Source: a virus (lineage: Duplodnaviria > Heunggongvirae > Uroviricota > Caudoviricetes). From it: a DNA stretch of 41,090 nt. The notes beneath the pieces are model-generated. The model saw only the letters and a program-made list of their open reading frames with translations. It was not told where the DNA came from and did not search any database. The stretch lies in the IMG/VR virus record IMGVR_UViG_2563366960_000010; one strand, 5' to 3'. This document shows positions 17,345 through 27,112 of the stretch, piece by piece. The stretch's first letter is position 1; every line of letters starts with the position of its first letter. Both the position numbers and the translations under genes were made by a program.

Positions 17345-17808
17345 TATTTTCTCTCCATGTGAAATCTGTGGAAATTAAGACCAAGAGCACCATAAGGCGC
17401 GGCTTCTTCAAGCCTGAATCCAAGCCAGTGCAGCCATGCTTTGGCAACATGGTTTCGCTCGTCGACGTAGTTTTCCAGGCGCGGATAAACTGCCAGCATC
17501 TGCTGCAATACAGGGCGGCAGTGGCGAAGAAATGTCTTCTGATATTTTTCAATACGGCTGGTTCCTACCAGCCAGGGCGTACCATTGCCACCGATCATTG
17601 ACGCCGGAGATACGCCAAACATGGTTACCAGTTCTCCGTTCGCAAATCCTGACCAGGCCATAGTCGCAGTACGCAGACCAACACGCAGCGCATCTTCGGT
17701 AGTCATCAGTGATACCGCATACAGTTCGTCAATATCAGCCTGACGAACATCCGGCAAAATCATCTGAAGATGCTCTTCGGTTGCGGGAATAATTTGAACA
17801 TTGATCAT
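17344..17808 (-). CDS. Virion assembly/internal protein (gp13-like position)
   Basis: 154 aa between tail-tube B-like and gp14-like genes; overlapping start/stop codons. Confidence 0.4.
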   Translation of the reverse strand: MINVQIIPATEEHLQMILPDVRQADIDELYAVSLMTTEDALRVGLRTATMAWSGFANGELVTMFGVSPASMIGGNGTPWLVGTSRIEKYQKTFLRHCRPVLQQMLAVYPRLENYVDERNHVAKAWLHWLGFRLEEAAPYGALGLNFHRFHMERK

Positions 17809-20279
17809 CAGAACCCACCAACAGTAAGGCGAGGAATAACGGCAAGAACAGACAGCGGCAACGGATCAAGCTGACGGATTTTTACACGTCCGTTTTTGCC
17901 CCAGTTACTGTCCAGTTTCACTTCTACTTTTCCGGTAGCATCATCAACAGGATCATCGTAGAACTCGAATTCACGCTGTGGATATTCGTACCATTTACCG
18001 CCGGGCGTAGTCGCCCAGATGCCGCGACTGGCATTCACAACCAGAGTAACGGACGGGATCACCTGTTTTTTGTCCAGCAGCGTTTCCTGTCCGTTAATGT
18101 TGATATCCAGTGTTTCGAATTCAGCAGTTATTGGCAGGCCGATGTGCACTACAGCCCCCGGTGATTCCAGCGTGACGGCACATCCGGAAACCACTTTCTG
18201 TGGTTCCACGTTCGCATCAGAGAGAATGTTTACGGTCTGGCCTTCAAGATGAGACAGGCCTCCAAATGTCCGGCGCGCCATCTGCCAGTTCGTGGTGGCC
18301 ACATTCCTGAGGGATGGCGGGACGTTCCTGTTAGCACGAACCACTACAGCGGTATTGCTGGTTACAGAAATAATGTCGCAACGTAATTCTTTTGACACCT
18401 CATCGCCAGTATCAGGATCAGTTCCGGTATAAGGGAACTGTAGTTGCGCGCCGACATCACTACTGGTGAAGTACGCACCACCAGAAACACTGATTGTATA
18501 TTCCGCGCGGTAATCCCATTCGCCAGAACCACCAGTGATGATCATCGTTCTGTCAGACGTATTTCTTCCATCATAGCTAAGGCCAGAATCAACAAAGAAA
18601 GCATCTTCATCGCTGGTAAATAAACGGCTGGACAGTCGCTCGATGTATCTCACTGTTTGCCCGTTAACGGTTCGGTTAACGACGAAATACACCGCATCTT
18701 CATTGCCTTCGCTGATACTGCATGTGCTTTCATATTTTCCGGTACTGGATTGTGGTGCCCATGCAAAAACCTGCTGATCACGCAAATAGGTCATCACCAG
18801 TAATTTACCGTCATCACGGATGCAGAAGGCGCTGGAGTAAGGGACTATTGAGAAGCACCAGTCAACAATGCTGTGCTTCTGAAAAAGATGATTGGCAAGG
18901 ATAGTAAGGTCGTTCCCCTGATAGCCGTCAACATCGAATGAGTAGGCCAGATCACGGACAACACTGCCTTTCTCCTGGACGAACAGAGCAATATTCGCCA
19001 CGGCAATTGGTGGGACATTGCTCGAGCCATTTGATCCCTGAGAGCTGAATGCAAATGATGATGGGGTAAGCACTTTGTTCTGGTCGCCAGTGATGACGTA
19101 CTCACCTCCGGAAGTCAGCGCCACCAGCGAACCAACATCAATCAGGTGACGGATCTCATTAACCTGACGCCCGGCATAGGTGTAGATAATTCTGTCGTCA
19201 TCCTGCGTAGGATTGCTTTTGCCAAAATCCTTATAATCCCCAGTACGGCTGGCCCAGATAGTCTGAGGGAACGCAGTCGATGCGGCGAAGTAAAGACGCT
19301 GTTGATAATAAACAACAGTGCCAGGATAACCATTAACACTGTTCCAGGCATATTTAGCCCATTTATAGCTGGCATTATCCTCGCCAACGACCTGCGAAGG
19401 GATATAGGAAATCACCTCGGCAGTTGCAGTAGTGCCATTTGCAGCAGTGATACGGGCAATGCCAAAACCACTGTGCAGATACTCCCACTCAATGCCAGTA
19501 TCATCATCACCGGATCCGCCCCAGCCATCCCATGATGTGCCTTCTGTATGCGAAGGGCGCAAAGTACCTGTTTTGCCTGCTGTAACGGCGCGATAGTAGT
19601 TACTGTCTGCACGGCGAATATCGCCAATCGACGTACTCTTACTGGTTTCCCATACAGGTACTGAATCCACTGCAGGCTGTTCCAGATAGAACAATTTGCC
19701 TACCTGCTCCGCGCCAAAAATAGAGACGCTTGCCGTTAACGTAATTGTCCCGGTGCTGGCGCTGGCATAAACCGTCACTGACTCATCAATATTGATATCT
19801 TCAAATGGCCCGTTCTTCGTTACCACATCAACCAGTTGCCAGTTGTCATGCGCATAGCGACGCAACTCTTTCGGCGGGTATGCCGGATGAACAAGCGTAA
19901 GCACGTCTGCGCTTTGCGTGAATTTAATTCGGAACAGATCGGCTTCAGTATATGGCGTGGCAATTTCATAAATAACATTGCTGCTGTTCAGCACCAACGC
20001 ACCATCTTTGATAACGCGCATGTACTGGTGTCCGAACTCCAGAGCATAGGTCTGAACCGTCGAGAACTGGAACGGGATCAGGCGGCATTTCCGATTTGGG
20101 TATTTGGCGGCACCGACAAAACGCGTACCAGGTCGATTCTCAACGCCGCCATACTGCCGCACGATAAAGTTATCGCACTTGCGCAATGCCACCTGGTACT
20201 TCGCCATGTCGATACGTCCGTACAACGACGGTCCAATCTCACCACCAGCAAAGCTGGGCTGGATCCAACTGATAGCCAT
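17808..20279 (-). CDS. Tail tubular protein B (nozzle), T7 gp12-like
   Basis: 823 aa, size and position match T7 gp12 (794 aa); immediately downstream of adaptor-like gene. Confidence 0.55.
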   Translation of the reverse strand: MAISWIQPSFAGGEIGPSLYGRIDMAKYQVALRKCDNFIVRQYGGVENRPGTRFVGAAKYPNRKCRLIPFQFSTVQTYALEFGHQYMRVIKDGALVLNSSNVIYEIATPYTEADLFRIKFTQSADVLTLVHPAYPPKELRRYAHDNWQLVDVVTKNGPFEDINIDESVTVYASASTGTITLTASVSIFGAEQVGKLFYLEQPAVDSVPVWETSKSTSIGDIRRADSNYYRAVTAGKTGTLRPSHTEGTSWDGWGGSGDDDTGIEWEYLHSGFGIARITAANGTTATAEVISYIPSQVVGEDNASYKWAKYAWNSVNGYPGTVVYYQQRLYFAASTAFPQTIWASRTGDYKDFGKSNPTQDDDRIIYTYAGRQVNEIRHLIDVGSLVALTSGGEYVITGDQNKVLTPSSFAFSSQGSNGSSNVPPIAVANIALFVQEKGSVVRDLAYSFDVDGYQGNDLTILANHLFQKHSIVDWCFSIVPYSSAFCIRDDGKLLVMTYLRDQQVFAWAPQSSTGKYESTCSISEGNEDAVYFVVNRTVNGQTVRYIERLSSRLFTSDEDAFFVDSGLSYDGRNTSDRTMIITGGSGEWDYRAEYTISVSGGAYFTSSDVGAQLQFPYTGTDPDTGDEVSKELRCDIISVTSNTAVVVRANRNVPPSLRNVATTNWQMARRTFGGLSHLEGQTVNILSDANVEPQKVVSGCAVTLESPGAVVHIGLPITAEFETLDININGQETLLDKKQVIPSVTLVVNASRGIWATTPGGKWYEYPQREFEFYDDPVDDATGKVEVKLDSNWGKNGRVKIRQLDPLPLSVLAVIPRLTVGGF

Positions 20280-20887
20280 CAGGACAACCTCGCAATGGTA
20301 AACTCGTCAACCGGTGGCTGTGGTTCCTGTGATTCATTCTGGCTATGCGAGCCAGCACTAAGAATCACGCGATTGTACATATTGAGAGCAAATGTACCGA
20401 GATCCGCATTCCCAGTCAGCGCCATGTTAATGGCTGCCGCAAGACGCCAGGCCAGCGCCTCCATAAAAATGGCATCAAACATGTTTACATCTGAAACGCG
20501 AGAGACATACTTGAGCCATGCCTGAGGCTGGTCTGTGTAGATCAACTTTCCTGTTCCGTTGGTGTCTGCACCAACTTCGTACTGAACGCGCATTGCTGCT
20601 GTTGGATTGCGTACACCAGGAAGCATAATTTCAGTAATGCGCAGACAATCTGACGGGTACTGGTACGCATATTCCCAGTCAGGCGGTGGATTGCTCGTAT
20701 CTGCAAGCGCCACGCGTTTGGTAGCAAAGTTCCAGTCAAAATCAGAAAGCACAGCATCACGGCAGGCCTCAAAGTGCAGCGAACATTCCCCCGCTTCCTT
20801 GCTGGCTTCCGTCAGGCTGTTAATGCTGCGGCTGTTGCCAATATTGGACAGCGCACGATTACAGATCTCTACTACAGAGGCCATCAC
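20279..20887 (-). CDS. Tail tubular protein A (adaptor), T7 gp11-like
   Basis: 202 aa; N-terminal pattern resembles T7 gp11; position before nozzle gene. Confidence 0.5.
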   Translation of the reverse strand: MMASVVEICNRALSNIGNSRSINSLTEASKEAGECSLHFEACRDAVLSDFDWNFATKRVALADTSNPPPDWEYAYQYPSDCLRITEIMLPGVRNPTAAMRVQYEVGADTNGTGKLIYTDQPQAWLKYVSRVSDVNMFDAIFMEALAWRLAAAINMALTGNADLGTFALNMYNRVILSAGSHSQNESQEPQPPVDEFTIARLS

Positions 20888-21213
20888 TCACCTCCGTTAC
20901 CGTACAGAGTTTCAGCCGCTGATTTTTCTACATCCCCGGAAACAGGAGCGATCGCCATATCAGTGATCTGCAGATCGGCGCTGCGATTAACACCATCGTC
21001 AGTTTCTTTGGCAGACAGGCCTCGAATAACAGCCTTTGCAGTTATCATCACTTCTGTTCCGACGCCCTGAGGTTGCGCCTTCAGCTTATTCAATGTGTCG
21101 TTATTAAGAGTGATGCACAGCCCCCACGGGTATTCATCGCGAGTTCTGGTTTCTCCGCTCTCATCCTGGTAGCTGTCAGTGCCGGTTTTGAGGTTTACGA
21201 GTTCCATATACAC
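20884..21213 (-). CDS. Hypothetical virion protein
   Basis: 109-aa ORF translationally coupled within the structural operon. Confidence 0.4.
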   Translation of the reverse strand: MYMELVNLKTGTDSYQDESGETRTRDEYPWGLCITLNNDTLNKLKAQPQGVGTEVMITAKAVIRGLSAKETDDGVNRSADLQITDMAIAPVSGDVEKSAAETLYGNGGE

Positions 21214-21257
21214 TCCTGCAATAAAGGGGCCGAAGCCCCTTGTCTGATCCGCGAGGC

Positions 21258-21602
21258 TTACACGCCCAGTTCTTTACGCTTATCTGCGATCTTCTCGCGG
21301 AGCGTTTCGGCTTTGGCGTTATGGTGTGGCTTCTCGTTAAAGAGCAATTCGTACTCTTCACGGAGCTTATCCAGTTCACCATCATCTGACACGTCGTTGA
21401 TGATTTTGGTGCTGGTTGCTGCCATTGACACCTTTCCTGCAACTTTTGCTTTTGCCTGTCTGGCTGCATCGTTAACAGGTTCCAGTGCGCTACCAGGCTC
21501 ACCTTCGTATTCGATTTCTGCCCCCTCCGGCCACAGAGTGTTATGGATATGAGAGAGGCGCAGAACGCGGTATCTTGGTTTCTCACCTGACATCGATATC
21601 AC
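21258..21602 (-). CDS. Hypothetical virion protein
   Basis: 114-aa ORF in structural operon, charged C-terminal helix. Confidence 0.4.
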   Translation of the reverse strand: MISMSGEKPRYRVLRLSHIHNTLWPEGAEIEYEGEPGSALEPVNDAARQAKAKVAGKVSMAATSTKIINDVSDDGELDKLREEYELLFNEKPHHNAKAETLREKIADKRKELGV

Positions 21603-21603
21603 C

Positions 21604-22041
21604 TTAACCAGTTACTTTTGAGCGGATCGGATACGGCGTATTGGCATCAACATCAAGACTGATACCAGCAGTGAATTCGCCAGCCGTTAGTGGGCCAGTT
21701 GCGACGGAGTAGTTAACACGCAGATATCGCTGAACACCGGCAGGCACCTTTGCAGAAACAACTCGTTTACCTGCTGTCAGGGCGGTCTTTGCCAGTGCGC
21801 CACTATCATAAATAGTGGTCCATGAGCTGTTATTCTCACTCGTCTGCAACTGGATGTTTACAGTTGCATCACCGCTTGCTGCGGCGGCTGTGTTAACCAG
21901 CGCCCAAAACTCAAGCGGGTAACCCACGCCGATATCACGACGTTTTCCGTCAATTGGACCGAGATCGATTACGTCAGTAGAAGCCGCGGTATTCGTAACC
22001 GCCTGAGCTTCGGAGAACATCAACAGTTTGTCGGTGATCAT
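21604..22041 (-). CDS. Hypothetical beta-rich virion protein (possible capsid decoration/minor capsid protein)
   Basis: 145 aa directly downstream of major capsid gene; Thr/Ser/Val-rich. Confidence 0.4.
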   Translation of the reverse strand: MITDKLLMFSEAQAVTNTAASTDVIDLGPIDGKRRDIGVGYPLEFWALVNTAAAASGDATVNIQLQTSENNSSWTTIYDSGALAKTALTAGKRVVSAKVPAGVQRYLRVNYSVATGPLTAGEFTAGISLDVDANTPYPIRSKVTG

Positions 22042-22092
22042 CTTCTTTCTCCATTAGTGGGTCTGTTACGACCCACAGGTTAATAACAGGCG

Positions 22093-23085
22093 TTACACCA
22101 CGCGGGCTTCTGTTTCCAGAAGCGCATCAGTTTCACGGATTGGTACACCACGGAATGAAGTCCACCACTCGCCTTCTGTCTCTTTTACGCTGATAGCCAG
22201 AGATGTTTTCTCCAGAGACTGCAGATCAAGAGCCTGGCCTACAGTGCGGTTCATGTAGAACACCGGGCGGCCCATGCCACGGTTTGGAATGCGATGTAGT
22301 GCTTTAACCATCAACTTCGCAATATTTGCGGCAGAGGATGGTTCTGAAAGATTGCTGACATCGATGTTTGCAATGCGAACAACATAACGCCAGTCACGCA
22401 GAGCAAGTCCGTTATCCCATTTGTAATGGGTGCGATAGCCTTCGTACTTGCCGCCATTAGCATCTTCCAGTGTCACCTGGCCTTTATCTTCCATCTGGAT
22501 GCCAGCCTTCTGCCCTTTCGGGAAGATGCCATGCACGGTGTTTTCGCCCCACACCACTAACCAGATTGAGGTGTTATCTGTACCCGTGCCACCAGCATCA
22601 ATGATGTTCTGAGCATTACCCGCAGACAGGCTGGAATAGCGGGAGGACAGTCCCATAAACTGCTGAGGGTTAACGCTGGAATCACCATAAAACAGCGTCT
22701 GCGCCATCTGCTGATTCATCGCTTCAATAAATGCGCGGTCTTCAGACAGGCGGAATTCGGCGGTATTGCCGTTCAGATCAGCCAGTGACTTATCGACTTC
22801 CGCATAGGTTTCCAGCATGCCAACGGAATCGGTTACCTGCACTGTGGTTGATTTGCTTGGCTGTACGCCATAGTTCAGCAAACGCCAGGTAGCTGAAGGT
22901 AAACCAGAACGAATGGTGGTTCGGTGTCCGGTAGGAAGGTTCCCTTCGACAAAAGGCATATCCTGAAGGATCGGGTTAGTTTGACCGAGAAGCTCGATAA
23001 TCTTATCGACTTTCCCGTTTGGATCGACGCGCTTACCCCAGTCAGCCAGCGTTAGCGCAGTTAAGCCTTTAACAGCCATTGTCAT
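22093..23085 (-). CDS. Major capsid protein
   Basis: 330 aa, follows scaffold-like gene, strong SD; assignment by size and synteny. Confidence 0.65.
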   Translation of the reverse strand: MTMAVKGLTALTLADWGKRVDPNGKVDKIIELLGQTNPILQDMPFVEGNLPTGHRTTIRSGLPSATWRLLNYGVQPSKSTTVQVTDSVGMLETYAEVDKSLADLNGNTAEFRLSEDRAFIEAMNQQMAQTLFYGDSSVNPQQFMGLSSRYSSLSAGNAQNIIDAGGTGTDNTSIWLVVWGENTVHGIFPKGQKAGIQMEDKGQVTLEDANGGKYEGYRTHYKWDNGLALRDWRYVVRIANIDVSNLSEPSSAANIAKLMVKALHRIPNRGMGRPVFYMNRTVGQALDLQSLEKTSLAISVKETEGEWWTSFRGVPIRETDALLETEARVV

Positions 23086-23093
23086 TTCCTCTC

Positions 23094-23795
23094 TTATTTG
23101 CCATAGAGCACTTCGGCCGCACTACGCTGGCCTTCATTACCACCGGTGACCATGCCATCTTCAGACATCGCCTTTCCGATTTTCACGAACGTTTTGACCA
23201 GATCAGGGTGATTACCCAGCCCGGTGGTGTTCAGATATTCTTTGAGTTCAGGTGTCCCGAACTGGTCAAGCGCACGCTGTGCGGCGCTAAGGTTAGAAAT
23301 CAACTTGTCGCCACCGATTTCTTTGTCGGCTTTTACATCCGCAGCCCACTGCTCGGTTGTTTTCTGCCAGGCTTCTGCCTGGCGCTGCTGAACACCTGCC
23401 AGAATCTTCGGATAAGCATCAACCAGCTTTTGCGCTTGCTCGTTGGTCAGGTTTAGTTCTCGCGCCACCGGCTCGAATTCCTTCAACGCTTCTGTATCCA
23501 GCTCTACGCCTTCGGCAGCCTGAAACTCGTACTTTTCAGGCGCACCCTCTGGTTTATCGCCGTCCTTTTTTTCATCCTGCTTATCGTTTTCAGGCTTTTT
23601 GTCATCAGCAGGTTTATCGCCATCAGCAACAGGTTGTGGCTTATCACCTTCCTGTTGTGATGGATCACCAACTGGAGCAGGGTTATCACCTGCAGGCGCT
23701 GACGGTTCTGACGCAGCCGGAGCTGCTCCACCATCGACTGGTTGCTCATTGCAAAGACGGCGATACAGCAAACGCTCAAATAAATTCATGATCAC
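23094..23795 (-). CDS. Scaffolding protein
   Basis: 233 aa, acidic low-complexity Pro/Asp/Lys-rich N-terminal half, helical C-terminal half, between portal and capsid. Confidence 0.6.
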   Translation of the reverse strand: MIMNLFERLLYRRLCNEQPVDGGAAPAASEPSAPAGDNPAPVGDPSQQEGDKPQPVADGDKPADDKKPENDKQDEKKDGDKPEGAPEKYEFQAAEGVELDTEALKEFEPVARELNLTNEQAQKLVDAYPKILAGVQQRQAEAWQKTTEQWAADVKADKEIGGDKLISNLSAAQRALDQFGTPELKEYLNTTGLGNHPDLVKTFVKIGKAMSEDGMVTGGNEGQRSAAEVLYGK

Positions 23796-24088
23796 TCCTG
23801 TTCACTGGCCTCTTTGGCCATCTTCAAATACTGTTCAGGGCAATGCGCCATAACGCGCTGAAACAGTTCCAGCGCCAGATTGCGTTGCCCCTCATTAAAT
23901 GCCATTGCCATAGCATCCATCGGAGAGATAGCGGAAAACACCCGGCCTTTCTCCAGCACCGACCAGACAACGCGACGCCCCTGTTCACTGCTCATGACAA
24001 AGCGAATGTCATCAATTTCACGCTGTGCCATGTCACGTTGCTTACGGGCGTTTTCTTCTTTCAGTTGATCGTCTTCGAAATCTGTCAT
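23792..24088 (-). CDS. Small acidic head-assembly-associated protein
   Basis: 98-aa ORF overlapping portal stop and scaffold start. Confidence 0.4.
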   Translation of the reverse strand: MTDFEDDQLKEENARKQRDMAQREIDDIRFVMSSEQGRRVVWSVLEKGRVFSAISPMDAMAMAFNEGQRNLALELFQRVMAHCPEQYLKMAKEASEQE

Positions 24089-25764
24089 TGTGATTGCCCA
24101 CCCTGACCACTAACTGCATTCGCCATAGCTGACAAAACACTCGGATCCGAAGTTTTAGCTTCGCTTAGCGTCTTGGCACCCTGTGCCGCCGCCATCCCCA
24201 TCGCCATCATTTGTTGCTGCTGTTGTTGCTGTGCCCGTTGCTGGCGAGCCTGCTCAACCTGTTCCTGCGGAACAATGACGGTTGGAGACACTCCGGACAT
24301 ATCAGCGAATGCATCGATCGCCTGATCAACGTTGAGTTTGTCGAGAGCTTCTGGTTTCGCTTGCGCAAGTTGACCAATGAAGTTAACCGTGGACGCCAGA
24401 CTGGACAGGCCGATAGACTTCTGCGCCTGAGCCATGACGGAAATGTATTCGACCTTCAGGGGCATGCCTTCCATCGCGTCAGGCGGTGTCGGCAGCATGT
24501 TTTTACGCACCATCATCGAGAAAGCGCGGTCAATGAGAGGATTAAGACATTCGTCGTTCAGACGCTCCAGAACCGGCCCCAACATCAGAAGTTTTTCTTC
24601 TTTCATTTCGATCACCGCTTCAACAGGCATCGAGCGGGTATTGATGTTCTGCAACATCATGAACAGATCGACAAAGTAGGCGCTGTTAATGATTTGACGG
24701 GTGTCCTGAATGTCTGCCACCAAATCTGCTGTACTGGGGTTAACCAGATAAGCAGGCCTGAAACCATCCTGACCAGTAATCTGATCGATATACGTGATGT
24801 CGCCAGGAAGAAGGGAGGCACGCTGATTCTTGAGGGAAGTCGGAGCAACCATCGGCGGATTGGTGGCTTTATCAATCAACTGCGACTTGCGCTTCTGGAG
24901 AAGCTGCAATGCCTTAACAGGTCCAAGCGCCAGCATACCCGGGCATGATGATCCATAAACATCTTCGCCGTTAACTTCCCAGCGCGGAGCCATAATTGGA
25001 AACTCATCGAATCCGGACTCACGCAACAACTTGTCGTTATCGCCACCAACCTCGTAATAAACCGATTTGAATGGCTTGTTCTTGCTATCCAGCTTCGATG
25101 TATCGCGGTCAATGTTCGGGTAAACCGAATGCATCACTTCAATCCACTTCTCGTAGGTGCCGCTTTCCCACATGCTTTTTACGGATTCGCTGACGTTATT
25201 TAGCCCGAACTCCTGAACAAGCTGACGAACAGTCATAGAGAACTTGCGAAAACAGGTGTCCACACTGCCACGAGGTGAGTTAGCCAGGTAGTAACTGCCT
25301 ATCGGGAATGGCATTGTGCGAATGATGTCCTCGTCATCCTCCAGCACCGCCATTGCACCAGTGCTGTATGTGCCGAGGCTTCCGTATAACTGCGGAAGAG
25401 ACTGGTAGAGATTCGACTTATTGAACATATCGTTCATGCGGTTCTGAACTGCCTCAAGCCACAACTTAACAGGGCCATAGTCCATCATTTCAGGATCTGG
25501 CGTAGCCAGGCGAAACCACGGACGGGCGGGGCTTGTTATGCCTGACATCATGCCGCTGGCAAGAGTGCGCGCCGCCATAGTCCCGGTCGAATCAATAATG
25601 CGTGTATTGCGTCGATCGTTACGGTTAACCTCAGAAGTCAGAAAGCGGGAACCACGCGGGTTGATGTAATCACTCAACTCGCGCCAGTGCGGCTCGAACG
25701 ACTGACGCTCGCTTTCAAGTTGTGCGAACTGTTTGTTCAATCGCTCTTTAGTTGTTTCCGCCAT
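24085..25764 (-). CDS. Portal protein (T7 gp8-like head-to-tail connector)
   Basis: 559 aa; Gln-rich C-terminal tail (QQRAQQQQQQQMMAMGMAAAQGA) resembles T7 gp8 C-terminus; SD GGAGTC. Confidence 0.75.
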   Translation of the reverse strand: MAETTKERLNKQFAQLESERQSFEPHWRELSDYINPRGSRFLTSEVNRNDRRNTRIIDSTGTMAARTLASGMMSGITSPARPWFRLATPDPEMMDYGPVKLWLEAVQNRMNDMFNKSNLYQSLPQLYGSLGTYSTGAMAVLEDDEDIIRTMPFPIGSYYLANSPRGSVDTCFRKFSMTVRQLVQEFGLNNVSESVKSMWESGTYEKWIEVMHSVYPNIDRDTSKLDSKNKPFKSVYYEVGGDNDKLLRESGFDEFPIMAPRWEVNGEDVYGSSCPGMLALGPVKALQLLQKRKSQLIDKATNPPMVAPTSLKNQRASLLPGDITYIDQITGQDGFRPAYLVNPSTADLVADIQDTRQIINSAYFVDLFMMLQNINTRSMPVEAVIEMKEEKLLMLGPVLERLNDECLNPLIDRAFSMMVRKNMLPTPPDAMEGMPLKVEYISVMAQAQKSIGLSSLASTVNFIGQLAQAKPEALDKLNVDQAIDAFADMSGVSPTVIVPQEQVEQARQQRAQQQQQQQMMAMGMAAAQGAKTLSEAKTSDPSVLSAMANAVSGQGGQSQ

Positions 25765-25778
25765 TTCAATGACTCCGG

Positions 25779-25985
25779 TTACTGACCAAGCAGCGTTTTA
25801 CCGCTGGTATTAGCGGTTGATGTGTCGCCCTGAGAACCGGTAAGCAGCGTAGAACTACGACCAGCAGCAGCGCGACGGCGACGAGTTTCTTCGTCGCGGG
25901 CATCAACAACGGCGGCATCCTGCTCCTGTGGTGCTGCCTGAACTTCTGGTGTTGCAGGCACTGATGGTGAGCTACCCATGCACAT
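25779..25985 (-). CDS. Small low-complexity protein upstream of portal
   Basis: 68 aa, Ala/Pro/Thr-rich; initiation region GGAGTCATTGAT-ATG nearly identical to that of the portal gene. Confidence 0.4.
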   Translation of the reverse strand: MCMGSSPSVPATPEVQAAPQEQDAAVVDARDEETRRRRAAAGRSSTLLTGSQGDTSTANTSGKTLLGQ

Positions 25986-26075
25986 ATCAATGACTCCGTA
26001 CGCAATTAAATTATTACCAATTTAACCACATATGATTTATTTATCGTAGGTAGTTGACATTTAACGCACAAATTA

Positions 26076-26090
26076 TTACCTTTCAGGTAA
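26076..26090. promoter_or_regulatory. Operator-like palindrome TTACCTTTCAGGTAA upstream of the tRNA island
   Basis: Perfect copy; a TTGACA hexamer lies 17 nt upstream. Confidence 0.5.
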
Positions 26091-26412
26091 CCAAAGAGTT
26101 CATTCCGGTTACTAACCTGACTGGCTTGTCGTTAAATTGAACAGGTGGAGTGAGCTTTTATTTTGAGCAGTACGGCGTATGGCACATGCGCCGATAGCGG
26201 TCTGGATACGTTTAAGGGGCACCCTCCCTTGCTCGGGCAAACGAACCAGGTAGCCGGAATGTGCAAGTCGAGCGGTTTTATTCCGCGCACGTGGATTCAC
26301 CATCCCGGCGATTCGGTGTGACGCCTCGGAAGAGACGAGGGTACAACGATGAGAGCATTTATGGAGCCGCGACAAAGTGTGGCGCCTTAACAGGCTAAGT
26401 GCTCTCAGCGTT

Positions 26413-26489
26413 GTGGCATTAGCTCAGTTGGACAGAGCAACCGCCTTCTAAGCGGTTGGTCGCAGGTTCGAATCCTGCATGCCACGCCA
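26413..26489 (+). tRNA. tRNA-Arg (anticodon UCU), phage-encoded, argU-like
   Basis: 77-nt cloverleaf folded by hand: acceptor GTGGCAT/ATGCCAC, T-arm GCAGG-TTCGAAT-CCTGC, anticodon loop CTTCTAA, discriminator G, encoded CCA; core resembles E. coli argU but stems differ. Confidence 0.85.
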
Positions 26490-26532
26490 GAATCACGCCT
26501 AAGGACCGTGATGCCAGAAGTTCCAGGTGCTT

Positions 26533-26574
26533 GGCGGTGATGGTTTCCCTTGAAGGACTATCACCGCCCTTTTT
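26533..26574 (+). terminator. Intrinsic terminator downstream of the tRNA
   Basis: 9-bp stem GGCGGTGAT / (A)TCACCGCC followed by CTTTTT. Confidence 0.6.
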
Positions 26575-26652
26575 ACAGCAGGACGCCATTGCGATGACTT
26601 CATGCTGTAAACCAGTACAGCCACGGAAGGCATAACTCATTGCTTCCAGTTC

Positions 26653-26677
26653 GCCCGGTTCGTCCGGGCATTTTTTT
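26653..26677 (+). terminator. Second intrinsic terminator immediately upstream of the 110-aa gene SD
   Basis: Stem GCCCGG / CCGGGC followed by T7; SD AAGGTGA and ATG 26690 follow directly. Confidence 0.6.
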
Positions 26678-26689
26678 AAGGTGAAAATC

Positions 26690-27022
26690 ATGAAAGAGAA
26701 GACTGCAGCTGAGCGCTATGCCGCAGCTATCAATGCCGCGATGGCGATTGTAAACCTGCGTGAAGAGATTAAAGATCTCCTTGCAATTATCCATAACAAC
26801 CTGACATGTACAGAGTTGCTTGGCGGTCAGTACAACGGTGAGGCGGTGAAGGAGGCATTTAAAAATGCCGAGGTAGGAATAATTCCAGCAAACTATGTCA
26901 AGGCTGAATGTGTGCTCCTAAAGGCACGAGTGAGTCTGCATGAAGATCCTGGTAATCTCGGTCGAACTGCAATGCGTTACGTGATAGACGAGTCGAATGC
27001 CAAACACAATCTACCGAAATAA
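26690..27022 (+). CDS. Hypothetical 110-aa helical protein in tRNA island (accessory gene)
   Basis: ORF with SD AAGGTGA, opposite in orientation to the flanking late operon; no family recognised. Confidence 0.5.
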   Translation: MKEKTAAERYAAAINAAMAIVNLREEIKDLLAIIHNNLTCTELLGGQYNGEAVKEAFKNAEVGIIPANYVKAECVLLKARVSLHEDPGNLGRTAMRYVIDESNAKHNLPK

Positions 27023-27026
27023 CACC

Positions 27027-27038
27027 GTGACATGTCAC
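27027..27038. repeat. GTGACATGTCAC palindrome copy 2 (14-mer CGTGACATGTCACA)
   Basis: Perfect copy 5 nt after the stop of the 110-aa gene, between convergent genes. Confidence 0.6.
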
Positions 27039-27112
27039 AAACAGACAGCCTATGAGCTGGCTTTGTTTTATCCTCACCAGAGGATATCAACGACATTATC
27101 CCCACCAGCGGA

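Noticed and set aside
10413-25112. Numerous plus-strand ORFs inside the structural operon (e.g. 14706-15038, 16118-16603, 19836-20525, 24211-24948)
   Set aside because: All are antisense shadows fully contained within long, well-supported minus-strand genes and lack ribosome-binding sites.
26054-26059. TTGACA hexamer upstream of the tRNA as a defined sigma-70 promoter
   Set aside because: No convincing -10 hexamer at 16-18 bp spacing; the operator palindrome occupies that position, so the promoter call stays speculative.
26413-26489. tRNA-Arg as the prophage attachment site
   Set aside because: It lies in the middle of the structural operon, 14 kb from the integrase and 25 kb from the other prophage end, so it is phage cargo rather than attB.
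26112-26794. Minus-strand ORFs 26112-26375, 26419-26691 and 26600-26794
   Set aside because: They overlap the tRNA and its terminators on the opposite strand with no translation signals.
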